This document shows, in pieces, positions 16,301 through 24,019 of a stretch of 43,339 nucleotides of DNA. The stretch comes from Candidatus Uhrbacteria bacterium. Lineage in GTDB: Bacteria; Patescibacteriota; Patescibacteriia; JACQSD01. Where the stretch lies: assembly GCA_016206165.1 (NCBI GenBank), contig JACQSD010000040.1, positions 1 to 43,339 on the forward strand. Reading direction: 5' to 3'. Every line of letters starts with the position of its first letter. The first letter of the stretch is position 1. A model generated the notes under the pieces. The model was not told the DNA's origin and searched no databases. It saw nothing but the letters and a program-made list of their open reading frames with translations. The translations under genes and the position numbers were made by a program.

Positions 16301-17152
16301 ATGGGAAAACGTGGTGTAAGGACTGAGTTTCACTGTTTGAGGAGCGGCCTCGATTCGTACGTTCGAGGGTCGCACTTCAAACCGAGCGCGGTGGAGTTCC
16401 ACGTGAGTCAGTGCACGCAGTGCCAGCGGGAACTCCTCGTCGCCGCGGATGAGGCAGCGAAGCTGTCTCAGAACGATCGACGAACTCGGAAGTGGTTCCG
16501 CGCGTACCAGCTCCTCGCGGCTGCAGGTCGCGTGCCGACTGTGTCGCAGCTTCGAACCGCTGGTCGCAGGAACAAGAAGACCCGGGCACGCTGGCGCAAG
16601 AGCGCGCTCGTGCGTCTCATGATGGACATTGTCGATCTCGTCGATGCGCTTGATGAGGAGCGACAGCTCCCGGGGGAGCAGGGCGGGATCTTCGCGCCCG
16701 CGCGCAGTTCGGGCGCTGCGGTGGAAGACGTTCAGGGCACACACGGGTTGACGAACGAGCCGTTGACGCCCGACGGGGCCGTCAGCTCCGATGGTACGCC
16801 AGCGGAAGGGCAGACCGGTTACGCCGAAGCGATCGAGGATCCTGCCGTAAGTACTGCTGAAGACCAGGTGCTTGCGGCGCATCGCGCAGTCGCGGCGCAG
16901 CACGGCGCGGGTGGGGAGGACCCGGCGCGCGTGCAGGCGGAGGAAGAGCGCGGCGAAGCAGCACAGTGCTGCGGGAATGGTTGCGTCTCGTGTGTCTCCG
17001 AGGAAGCGCTCCAGGGGAATCTCCAGGGCAGCGGAGGAGAAGCCGGTGTTCCTGTTCAAGGGGTCAATACCGCTGTCGAGGGTAGTGCTCACGACAGCGA
17101 CGAGGGAGGTGATCCCTGCAGCTGGAGCACCAGTGGCTCTGGTCGCCTCTGA
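16301..17152 (+). CDS. Putative zf-HC2 (HxxxCxxC) anti-sigma-factor-like protein with an acidic disordered tail (283 aa)
   Basis: GGAGGAGCAGGGACA precedes the ATG. The N-terminus HCLRSGLDSYVRGSHFKPSAVEFHVSQCTQCQREL matches the C-x22-H-x3-C-x2-C ZAS-type pattern. It has its own promoter and terminator. There is no TM segment and no adjacent sigma factor. Confidence 0.45.
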   Translation: MGKRGVRTEFHCLRSGLDSYVRGSHFKPSAVEFHVSQCTQCQRELLVAADEAAKLSQNDRRTRKWFRAYQLLAAAGRVPTVSQLRTAGRRNKKTRARWRKSALVRLMMDIVDLVDALDEERQLPGEQGGIFAPARSSGAAVEDVQGTHGLTNEPLTPDGAVSSDGTPAEGQTGYAEAIEDPAVSTAEDQVLAAHRAVAAQHGAGGEDPARVQAEEERGEAAQCCGNGCVSCVSEEALQGNLQGSGGEAGVPVQGVNTAVEGSAHDSDEGGDPCSWSTSGSGRL

Positions 17153-17172
17153 CGCAACGTCCAATTTCGAAA

Positions 17173-17216
17173 AGGCCTGGTTTCGCGGGGGCGGAACCAG
17201 GCCTGAATTATTTCAT
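17173..17216 (+). terminator. Intrinsic terminator of the 16301 gene
   Basis: AGGCCTGGTT-loop-AACCAGGCCT followed by GAATTATTTCATT. Confidence 0.7.
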
Positions 17217-17220
17217 TGTC

Positions 17221-17294
17221 AACCTCATCCCAACCTTCTCCTAGAATGAGAAGGGGATTTCCCTCTCCTTCTAGGAGAGGGGGAGGGTGAGGTT
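17221..17294. repeat. Family-A composite: one outer arm pair enclosing two inner hairpins
   Basis: AACCTCATCCCAACCTTCTCCTAGAATGAGAAGGGG, then ATTT, then CCCTCTCCTTCTAGGAGAGGGGGAGGGTGAGGTT. It overlaps the 3' end of the DUF559 ORF. Confidence 0.9.
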
Positions 17295-17639
17295 CACGGT
17301 GTTCACGATCTCTTGAAGCACTCCATCGATATTATTCAATACGTCATTATTCCAGAAACGAAGTACTCGTATGTTCGATTGTTGAAGCACGTGTAATCTT
17401 TTTTCGTCGTGTGCATGTTGCTCTTCAATATGCTGACTCCCATCAAGTTCGATTGCAATACGATGTTCGGGACAATAGAAATCGAGTATGTAGGAATCGA
17501 TGGGGAATTGCCGTCGGAATTTGTAACCGGCAAGTTGTCGTGAGCGAAGTCTTTTCCAAAGAACGCGCTCCGCATCGGTTAGATTCTTTCGAAGTATTTG
17601 TGCGTTCTCGCGTGCTTTCTTCGCGTAGTGATAACGCAT
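17271..17639 (-). CDS. DUF559 (Vsr-like) endonuclease domain protein
   Basis: AERVLWKRLRSRQLAGYKFRRQFPIDSYILDFYCPEHRIAIELDGSQH...VLRFWNNDV. The start is taken at MRYHYAKK (17639). The last 7 codons and the stop (NLTLPLS*) are read from a family-A repeat. Confidence 0.8.
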   Translation of the reverse strand: MRYHYAKKARENAQILRKNLTDAERVLWKRLRSRQLAGYKFRRQFPIDSYILDFYCPEHRIAIELDGSQHIEEQHAHDEKRLHVLQQSNIRVLRFWNNDVLNNIDGVLQEIVNTVNLTLPLS

Positions 17640-17646
17640 AGCAGAG

Positions 17647-17682
17647 AACCTCATCCCAACCTTCTCCTAGAAGGAGAAGGGG
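17647..17682. repeat. Family-A element (left arm plus inner hairpin) between DUF559 and trpS
   Basis: AACCTCATCCCAACCTTCTCCTAGAAGGAGAAGGGG. Confidence 0.9.
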
Positions 17683-17692
17683 CTGTTGTGTA

Positions 17693-18676
17693 TTATATCG
17701 CCAACAACCCAACTCGTTCCCGGACTTTTTCCATTGTTGCTGCAGCGATCTTCACAGCATCCTTTGCACCCTTTTTCAAAATCTTTTCTATCGTTTTTGG
17801 ATTTGCTTCGATTTTCTTGAGCCGTTCTTGCAGTGGCATCAAAAAATCTACAACAGTATCTGCAAGCTCACTCTTGAACGCGGCATATCCCTTTCCTTCA
17901 AAATGACTTTCCGCCGCTTTCACCGTCGTATTCCGGAGGAGCGCGTAAATGGTGAGGAGGTTGGTGAGTGCTGGTTTCGTAGCACCAGAAACAATTTCGG
18001 TTCCGGAATCCGTGACCGCGCGTTTTAATTTCGAGCGCACTGTCTCCGCATCATCAGTGAGTGCGATGTAGTTGTTCGGCGTAGGTGCACTCTTCGACAT
18101 TTTTTTTGTGGGATCATCAAGCCCCATGATGCGCGCGCCTTCTTCTTGAATGAGCGGTTTTGGGATCACAAGTGTTTCTCCAAACCATTTGTTAAAGCGC
18201 TCGGCAATGTTGCGCGCGAGCTCAACATGTTGTTTTTGGTCGTCACCCACCGGAACTCCCTCGGTTCCGTAGAGGAGAATATCCGCGGCCATGAGCACAG
18301 GGTAGGTGAAGAGCCCGGCGTTGATATTCTCGCTGTGCTGTGTCGCCTTATCTTTGAACTGTGTCATACGTTCGAGTTCACCCATTTTTGTGACCGTGTT
18401 CAGAATCCACGCAAGCTCGGTGTGCTCGCGGACGTGTGATTGCACGAAGATCGTCACTCGCTCCGGATCAAGCCCGCATGCGAGATAGAGTTCGGCAACA
18501 CGTCGCGTGTTTTGTGCGAGCTCCTCTGGCTTTTGACGCACGGTGATTGCATGCAGATCAACAATACAATAGAGCGCCTCGTGTGTTTCTTGCAGTCGAA
18601 CCCAATTTTGAATCGCCCCGAGATAGTTCCCGAGGTGGAGGATGTTTGTCGGCTGAATGCCGGAGAAGATGCGCAT
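17693..18676 (-). CDS. trpS: Tryptophan--tRNA ligase
   Basis: Class I signatures HLGNY and KMSKS. The start is taken at MRIFSGIQPT (18676). The nine extra ORF-track codons are read from the CACATAA tandem repeat. Confidence 0.95.
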   Translation of the reverse strand: MRIFSGIQPTNILHLGNYLGAIQNWVRLQETHEALYCIVDLHAITVRQKPEELAQNTRRVAELYLACGLDPERVTIFVQSHVREHTELAWILNTVTKMGELERMTQFKDKATQHSENINAGLFTYPVLMAADILLYGTEGVPVGDDQKQHVELARNIAERFNKWFGETLVIPKPLIQEEGARIMGLDDPTKKMSKSAPTPNNYIALTDDAETVRSKLKRAVTDSGTEIVSGATKPALTNLLTIYALLRNTTVKAAESHFEGKGYAAFKSELADTVVDFLMPLQERLKKIEANPKTIEKILKKGAKDAVKIAAATMEKVRERVGLLAI

Positions 18677-18679
18677 GTA

Positions 18680-18707
18680 CACATAACACATAACACATAA
18701 CACATAA
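18680..18707. repeat. Tandem heptamer CACATAA x4 directly upstream of the trpS start
   Basis: Four exact copies. In the trpS sense orientation this reads TTATGTG x4, then TAC, then ATG. Confidence 0.9.
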
Positions 18708-18772
18708 CGATTTGTTACATGCTCTATGTCTTGTGTTTCACGATTCTTTCATGGTATATGATTCTTGTACGG

Positions 18773-18801
18773 TTGACAATGTGCCGCGCCTGTGCTACAT
18801 T
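18773..18801 (+). promoter_or_regulatory. Sigma-70-type promoter
   Basis: TTGACA-N17-TACATT, upstream of the 18857 gene. Confidence 0.55.
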
Positions 18802-18856
18802 CGGGCGTCGGAATAACTGTGCGTGCATTCGCGGTAACACAGAGAGGAGGTTGTCT

Positions 18857-19222
18857 ATGTGGCAATGGTGGAAGAAGCGGAAGGAGAACCAGGAGTTGCG
18901 GCAGCGGTTTCGTGATGCGTTCGGGTTTCGCCTTGCGCTGCCCGGAGAAGACGGGCGCGACGCATGCACGCGACGCGTGAACGAGATACTCGCGAACTAT
19001 CGCTGGTATCTCGAAGAGGCACGCGCGCACGCTCGTCAGCTGAACGTCCGGTACGGGCAGACACGCGACGGGCTCGTTTGGGCAGAAGTCGAGGCCGCGC
19101 GCATGCAAGCGGATCGTCTCGCCGAGAGTGCGATGGCGATCGAACGCCTCGCGCGCGAGGCAGGGATCCAAGTCTTCGAGCCAATTTCGACAGTCGGTGA
19201 GGAGGCACCGACCGTATCGTGA
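18857..19222 (+). CDS. Hypothetical protein (121 aa)
   Basis: AGAGAGGAGG lies 6 nt before ATG 18857 (MWQWWKKRKE). A TTGACA-N17-TACATT promoter and a strong terminator flank it. GC-rich island. Confidence 0.5.
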   Translation: MWQWWKKRKENQELRQRFRDAFGFRLALPGEDGRDACTRRVNEILANYRWYLEEARAHARQLNVRYGQTRDGLVWAEVEAARMQADRLAESAMAIERLAREAGIQVFEPISTVGEEAPTVS

Positions 19223-19240
19223 CGATGGGATGGGTTTTGG

Positions 19241-19280
19241 GGCGGTCTGTTGCTGAGGACAGACCGCCTCCTTATTTTTT
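19241..19280 (+). terminator. Intrinsic terminator of the 18857 gene
   Basis: GGCGGTCTGT-TGCTGAGG-ACAGACCGCC followed by TCCTTATTTTTT. Confidence 0.85.
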
Positions 19281-19336
19281 CACCTCACCTTCATCCAATT
19301 TTCAAAATTTATAACAAACTGATATACTATTCCACC

Positions 19337-20380
19337 ATGCAGCATCAGTTTGAACAACTCAAAAAAGAGGCACTTGTTGCACTTACTTCCGCACGCGATG
19401 CGGATGCTTTGCGTGCGTGGGAGATTTTGTATTTAGGGAGAAAAGGGAAACTTGCCCAGCTCATGGAAAAGCTTGGAACTCTTTCGGTTGAGGAGAAGAA
19501 AAAGGTGGGGCCCATCGCGAACGCCGTGAAGCAGGAACTTACTCAAGCGATAGAAGTGAAACGCACATCACCTGGAGATGGACGTTCATCTCCAGGAGAT
19601 GGATTTGATACAACGCTCCCCGGCGTTCGTCCACCGCAAGGCCACCTCCATCCGGTGACGCAGGCGATTCAGGAAATTGAAGATATTTTTAGCCGCATAG
19701 GATTTCATCGCGCAAGACATCCAGAGGTTGATACGGATTGGTATGCTTTTGAATCGCTGAATATGCCTGCGGATCATCCGGCACGAGATGAGTGGGAAAC
19801 CTATTTCATAGAATCACCGAATCACAGAAACACAGAATCACAAAAATTAGTACTCACGCCGCACACATCGAATGGGCAGGTGCGGGAGTTAGAAAAGGGA
19901 AAGCTGCCGATTCGCATGGTCAATATCTCAAAATGTTATCGCCGACAATCGGACGTCTCACACGTGCCGATGTTTCACCAATTTGAAGGCGTCTATGTGG
20001 ACGAGCATGTGACGTTTCAACATTTGAAAGGCGTCTTCGAGTATTTTATCCATGAATTTTTTGGCCCGAAACGGACATATCGACTACGCCCGTTCCATTT
20101 CCGGTTTACTGAGCCAAGTGTGGAGGTTGATGTGCAGTGCGATGTCTGCAACGGAACAGGAAAAAATTGTCGCCTCTGTAAAAATGGCTGGCTTGAGCTT
20201 GCGGGCGGCGGCATGATGCATCCAAATGTGTTGAAGGCCGGTGGTGTCGATCCAAAGAAGTACACCGCGTTTGCGTTTGGTTTCGGCGTCGAGCGCTCGT
20301 ATATGATGAAGTCCGGTCTCAAAGTCGACGATATTCGTATTCTTTACAAAAATGATCTTCGCTTCCTCGAGCAATTTTAG
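19337..20380 (+). CDS. pheS: Phenylalanine--tRNA ligase alpha subunit
   Basis: The class II core (RPFHFRFTEPSVEVDV, GFGVERSYM) is present. The start is taken at MQHQFEQLKKE. It carries two in-frame repeat insertions (TSPGDGRSSPGDG and ESPNHRNTESQK). Confidence 0.95.
   Translation: MQHQFEQLKKEALVALTSARDADALRAWEILYLGRKGKLAQLMEKLGTLSVEEKKKVGPIANAVKQELTQAIEVKRTSPGDGRSSPGDGFDTTLPGVRPPQGHLHPVTQAIQEIEDIFSRIGFHRARHPEVDTDWYAFESLNMPADHPARDEWETYFIESPNHRNTESQKLVLTPHTSNGQVRELEKGKLPIRMVNISKCYRRQSDVSHVPMFHQFEGVYVDEHVTFQHLKGVFEYFIHEFFGPKRTYRLRPFHFRFTEPSVEVDVQCDVCNGTGKNCRLCKNGWLELAGGGMMHPNVLKAGGVDPKKYTAFAFGFGVERSYMMKSGLKVDDIRILYKNDLRFLEQF
19566..19601. repeat. Family-B palindrome, in frame in pheS
   Basis: CATCACCTGGAGATG, then GACGTT, then CATCTCCAGGAGATG, translated TSPGDGRSSPGDG. 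Confidence 0.9.
19811..19845. repeat. AATCAC/ACAGAA word block, in frame in pheS
   Basis: GAATCACCGAATCACAGAAACACAGAATCACAAAA, translated ESPNHRNTESQK. It contains the 21-mer CACAGAAACACAGAATCACAA (19823-19843), which is also present in pheT. Confidence 0.9.
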
Positions 20381-21233
20381 CAAGCTGTTGATTGTTCGCA
20401 CTGCGCATGTTTTCTATGTTGCACTCGTTCTTTTTGTCGCACTTCTCTTTGTCGCGCCGCATTCTTTTATTTCTCCGGACATCGGAGGTACAATTTTAAC
20501 AATCACCACATTCCTCTTTGGGTTCATCGCGGGGTTTTATATTCTCCTGACAGCGACAGATTATAATACACTCAAGGGCTTGCTCGCGAATGAAACAGCA
20601 TCATGGATTGTTTTACACCAATACGTCACATTGTATATGCCAAGAACAGTATCCGCATTTACTGCACTTCTTGATACATACCTTCGTCGTGCATTTGATT
20701 TTGAAATTATTGATTATGCGCGCGGAACACAAGCGGAATTCGAACCAATGCGAGCGTGGGTGAATGCGTTACAACCAAAAAAGGGCATCGAGTACATTCA
20801 TGAAAATATTCAGGAGACAATGCAGGGAATTATTATCGGAAGACAGCAGCTCACCGTTCTCGGAACAAAAACACTCTCACTCTTTCAGTGGATGGTTCTT
20901 TGTACGCTCGCTGCGCTCGTTATTTTTTCATTGTATGGGGTACGCTCCGGAGAACTTTTTTTCGACATTGTTACGGTCTTAATCTCCAGTTCAGTCGTTT
21001 TGATATTACTCGTGATCCGCGATCTGGACCTTTATTTATGGAATGAAAAGACATTTGGCTATGACATTTTTGAAAATTTATTTAAAGCGATTGGGCAGCA
21101 GGCGTACTATCCGGAGGAGTCAATTCAAAAGGGGAGAATTCATCCGACAGAAGAGACGTATCGTGTTGGCGTCGTTACGAATCGACACACACTCGAGCGG
21201 CGGATTGATGTAGTGACGCAAAAGAAAATATGA
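20352..21233 (+). CDS. Hypothetical integral membrane protein (possibly DUF4239-like)
   Basis: There are two N-terminal and two C-terminal hydrophobic helices around a soluble helical core. The start is uncertain: ATG 20352 overlaps the pheS end by 29 nt. Confidence 0.55.
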   Translation: MIFASSSNFSKLLIVRTAHVFYVALVLFVALLFVAPHSFISPDIGGTILTITTFLFGFIAGFYILLTATDYNTLKGLLANETASWIVLHQYVTLYMPRTVSAFTALLDTYLRRAFDFEIIDYARGTQAEFEPMRAWVNALQPKKGIEYIHENIQETMQGIIIGRQQLTVLGTKTLSLFQWMVLCTLAALVIFSLYGVRSGELFFDIVTVLISSSVVLILLVIRDLDLYLWNEKTFGYDIFENLFKAIGQQAYYPEESIQKGRIHPTEETYRVGVVTNRHTLERRIDVVTQKKI

Positions 21234-23734
21234 ATCTTCTCGTTTCGTATAATTGGTTGAAGGAGTTTGTTGCTATCAAACAGTCGCCGGAAAAAGTGGC
21301 GGAGTTGTTGAGTTTGCATGCGTTGTCCGCAGAACGCCTGTATCACATTGCGAAGCAAATGGACAAGATGGTCATTGGGAAGGTCGTGAAGACGGAAAAA
21401 CATCCAAATGCGGATAAGCTTTCTCTGAATCAGGTTGATGTTGGTGGTAAAACAGTGCAGATTGTTTGTGGTGCGCCAAATGTGCATGCAGGAATGCTTG
21501 TTGCAGTTGCGTTGCCGGGTGCAAGAGTTCGTTGGCATGGCGAAGGGGATTTGGTCACACTTTCCGCGACAAAAATCCGTGGCATCGAAAGTTTTGGTAT
21601 GATGTGTGCCGCGAATGAGATTGGACTTGAAAAATATCCGGATGCCGCGAAAGGGATTATTGATCTCTCGTGGTTGCAATATACAGAGAACGGGTCTCTG
21701 GATTCCAGAGACCCGTTCTCTGGAGTTCGACCGGGGATGTCGCTCGTCAAAGCACTCGACATGGATGATGTGCTTATGGATGTGGAGGTGACATCGAATC
21801 GGCCCGATGCCATGTCGATTGTTGGGGTTGCACGCGAGGTCGCCGCTGTTCTGAATGCGAAGTTGAGCTTACCTACCTCTCCCCAACCCTCTCCTACTAG
21901 GAGAGGGAGTAAGGGTGAGGTTCCGATCTCGCTTTCCGTGGATATCCGTGCTAAAAAGTTATGCACGCGGTTTGCCGCGATTGCGATTGATGGCGTGAAG
22001 GTGGGCCCATCGCCATGGTGGATACAGAAGCGATTGTTCATGGCTGGGCTTCGTCCTATCAATAATATTGTCGACATTACGAATTACGTCATGCTCGAGC
22101 AGGGGAAGCCGTTGCACGCGTTTGATGCTGATAAGATCACTGAATCATTGAATCACGGAATCACGGAATCACACATTATTGTCCGAACTGCGCAGAAAGG
22201 GGAGTCGTTGAAGGCACTCGATGGAAGAATATATCCGCTTACGGAATCCATGCTTGTTGTCGCGGACGCGCAACGTTCACTCGCGATCGCAGGTGTCATG
22301 GGTGGTGAAGCAACCGGTGTAACAGAAAAAACAAAAACAATTATTTTTGAATCCGCAGTTTTTGATCCAGTTTCTATCCGTCACACGGCGCGTGCATTGA
22401 ATCTCCATTCCGAGGCATCGAATCTTTTTGAAAAAGGCTTGTCGGACGAATCCGTGCTCCCTGCGCTTGCCCGTGCGGTGGAGTTGACACTTGAGATTGC
22501 GGGAGGACAGGTGGCGTCGAAACTTGTTGACACACGAACACAGAAACACAGAATCACAAGAATCATTTTGAAATCGAAAACAATCGAACGGATGCTTGGC
22601 ATTACCCTTTCGGTGAAAGATGTTGTTCGCTACCTCACCGCACTCGGTTTTAACATCGAAGCAACGAGCAAGAAGCAACGAGCAAGAAGCTGGCGCGTGA
22701 CCGCGCCATGGTGGCGCCATCACGATGTGACCATTGAAGCAGATCTCGTCGAAGAAATTGCGCGGTTCTATGGTTATCACCATCTCCCATCGAAACTCCC
22801 CGATGGTCCACTTGCGACGCAAGATGCAACCGACAAAAAAATATTTTTCTGGGAGCGTCGCGTCAAAGAGCTGCTTCGTGGTGCAGGGTATACCGAAACC
22901 ATGAGCTATTCGTTTACATCCGAAGCAGCGATTCAAAAACTTGGACTTGATCCGGCGCAGTCGATCCGCATTGTGAATCCGCTCACCGATGATCATGCAT
23001 ATCTCCGCCCACGCCCGATTGCTGCACTCCTTGAGATTGTGAGCGCAAATCAAAATGATCGCGATCATATTCACATTTTTGAACTTGCGCGGATGTTCCG
23101 TCCGCGTGTGGGGAAACTTCCTGATGAGCCTCTCCGTCTCGCTGGTGCAGTCGTATCCGCGGACGTATTTCGCGAGGCAAAAGGTACTGTGGAATTATTT
23201 TTGCATGGCATGGGGATTGCTTCGCAGCGGATCAGTTTTCCAGAGTATATGGAAGACGAGTTTGCGCCATGGGTAGATACGCGCCGGAGCGTGCGCATTA
23301 TGATTGACAACGAGAAGTTTGGTTCGGTGATCATGCTGACGGAAAAAGCGCGCAAAAATTTTGATCTTAAGCAAGATGTTGCGCTGTTTCGGATACGGTT
23401 CGAGGAATTGACTGCGCTTGCGACGACCACGCATGGATATACGCCGTTGCCAAAGTATCCGCCCGTACTCCGCGACCTTGCGTTTATTGTGCCGAAGACC
23501 GTGACGTACGCCGCGATTGACGCCGTGCTTCGGAAGCAAGCGCTCGTCACGTCGGTTGAACTCTTTGATCTCTATGAAGGCGAAAAGATTGGTGCGGATA
23601 AAAAGAGTCTCGCGTTTCACGTCACCTATCAATCACCTGAACGAACGCTCACGATCGCGGAGGTGGATGTCGTACAGGAGGCGATGATTAAGGAACTCGA
23701 AAAAAAGTTTGGGGCACAATTGAGGGATTTTTGA
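21230..23734 (+). CDS. pheT: Phenylalanine--tRNA ligase beta subunit
   Basis: N-terminal tRNA-binding OB (KHPNADKLSLNQVDVGG), the B3/B4 and B5 regions, and a C-terminal FDX-ACB-like end. The ATGA overlap with the previous gene is present. It carries at least four in-frame repeat insertions. Confidence 0.95.
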   Translation: MNLLVSYNWLKEFVAIKQSPEKVAELLSLHALSAERLYHIAKQMDKMVIGKVVKTEKHPNADKLSLNQVDVGGKTVQIVCGAPNVHAGMLVAVALPGARVRWHGEGDLVTLSATKIRGIESFGMMCAANEIGLEKYPDAAKGIIDLSWLQYTENGSLDSRDPFSGVRPGMSLVKALDMDDVLMDVEVTSNRPDAMSIVGVAREVAAVLNAKLSLPTSPQPSPTRRGSKGEVPISLSVDIRAKKLCTRFAAIAIDGVKVGPSPWWIQKRLFMAGLRPINNIVDITNYVMLEQGKPLHAFDADKITESLNHGITESHIIVRTAQKGESLKALDGRIYPLTESMLVVADAQRSLAIAGVMGGEATGVTEKTKTIIFESAVFDPVSIRHTARALNLHSEASNLFEKGLSDESVLPALARAVELTLEIAGGQVASKLVDTRTQKHRITRIILKSKTIERMLGITLSVKDVVRYLTALGFNIEATSKKQRARSWRVTAPWWRHHDVTIEADLVEEIARFYGYHHLPSKLPDGPLATQDATDKKIFFWERRVKELLRGAGYTETMSYSFTSEAAIQKLGLDPAQSIRIVNPLTDDHAYLRPRPIAALLEIVSANQNDRDHIHIFELARMFRPRVGKLPDEPLRLAGAVVSADVFREAKGTVELFLHGMGIASQRISFPEYMEDEFAPWVDTRRSVRIMIDNEKFGSVIMLTEKARKNFDLKQDVALFRIRFEELTALATTTHGYTPLPKYPPVLRDLAFIVPKTVTYAAIDAVLRKQALVTSVELFDLYEGEKIGADKKSLAFHVTYQSPERTLTIAEVDVVQEAMIKELEKKFGAQLRDF
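21870..21922. repeat. Family-A element, in frame in pheT
   Basis: TACCTACCTCTCCCCAACCCTCTCCTACTAGGAGAGGGAGTAAGGGTGAGGTT, translated LPTSPQPSPTRRGSKGEV. Confidence 0.9.
22150..22173. repeat. 8-nt tandem GAATCACG x3, in frame in pheT
   Basis: GAATCACG GAATCACG GAATCACA, translated within TESLNHGITESH. Confidence 0.9.
22531..22567. repeat. ACACAGAA/AATCAC word block, in frame in pheT
   Basis: It contains the 21-mer CACAGAAACACAGAATCACAA at 22539-22559. The 21-mer is identical to the pheS copy but is read in a different frame (TQKHRIT instead of HRNTESQ). Confidence 0.9.
22661..22690. repeat. Exact 14-nt tandem GCAACGAGCAAGAA x2 (+GC), in frame in pheT
   Basis: The 30-nt block is translated ATSKKQRARS. 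The 14-nt period is not a multiple of 3. Confidence 0.9.
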
Positions 23735-23766
23735 TTGTCATTACGCATTTTTGTAACTGGTTTTCA

Positions 23767-23840
23767 TAACTCCTCCCAACCTCCTCTTGTCTCAAGAGGA
23801 GGAGACCCCCTCTTAAGGTAAGAGGGGTGTGGGGAGTTAT
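23767..23840. repeat. Divergent family-A-like composite (outer arms plus two inner hairpins)
   Basis: The outer arms ATAACTCCTCCCAAC and GTGTGGGGAGTTAT enclose CCTCCTCTTGTCTCAAGAGGAGG and CCCCTCTTAAGGTAAGAGGGG. Confidence 0.75.
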
Positions 23841-23866
23841 GCACGATCGATCATAACCCCACTTTG

Positions 23867-23930
23867 CCTCCCCTTACCACAGTACCAGAGCAGTGCTCGG
23901 TACGTGGCAAGTCTTCAGGGGAGGGTTTTT
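23867..23930 (+). terminator. Long hairpin terminator after pheT
   Basis: The outer stem CCTCCCCT...AGGGGAGG has an inner CCACAGTACC...GGTACGTGG and is followed by TTTTT. Confidence 0.65.
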
Positions 23931-23944
23931 GGTCTTGCGCGGGA

Positions 23945-23973
23945 ATGACAAGTTGGTATGATGGGAGTATTCA
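23945..23973 (+). promoter_or_regulatory. Putative dnaE promoter
   Basis: ATGACA-N17-TATTCA, located after the pheT terminator. Confidence 0.35.
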
Positions 23974-23975
23974 AG

Positions 23976-24011
23976 AACCTCATCCCAGCCTTCTCCTAGA
24001 AGGAGAAGGAG
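23976..24011. repeat. Family-A element directly upstream of the dnaE start
   Basis: AACCTCATCCCAGCCTTCTCCTAGAAGGAGAAGGAG. Its right inner arm is the only SD-like sequence before ATG 24020. Confidence 0.9.
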
Positions 24012-24019
24012 ATCCAGAT

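Noticed and set aside
14513-17164. The 883-aa ORF on the minus strand read as a single gene
   Set aside because: Its first ~350 aa are Arg/Ser/Leu-rich. They lie antisense to a plus-strand ORF (16301..17152) that has its own promoter, strong RBS and terminator. A strong RBS (GAGGAGG) precedes the internal ATG at 16111, and a promoter pair lies at 16179-16246. I therefore split it into two divergent genes.
17221-17682. The repeat-bracketed DUF559 gene as a composite transposon or IS
   Set aside because: There is no transposase or recombinase, the flanking elements are unequal (one double, one half), and I could identify no target-site duplication. I kept it only as a cassette hypothesis.
23864-24019. 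The N-terminal 52-aa extension of dnaE, with similar ORF-track extensions for pheS (19250), trpS (18703), DUF559 (17654), miaA (39565), mntA (3294) and the GGDEF gene (27309)
   Set aside because: The extensions run through terminator hairpins, palindromic repeats or the preceding gene. The conserved N-termini (for example MSFVHLHTHSHYSLLDG) begin at the internal Met.
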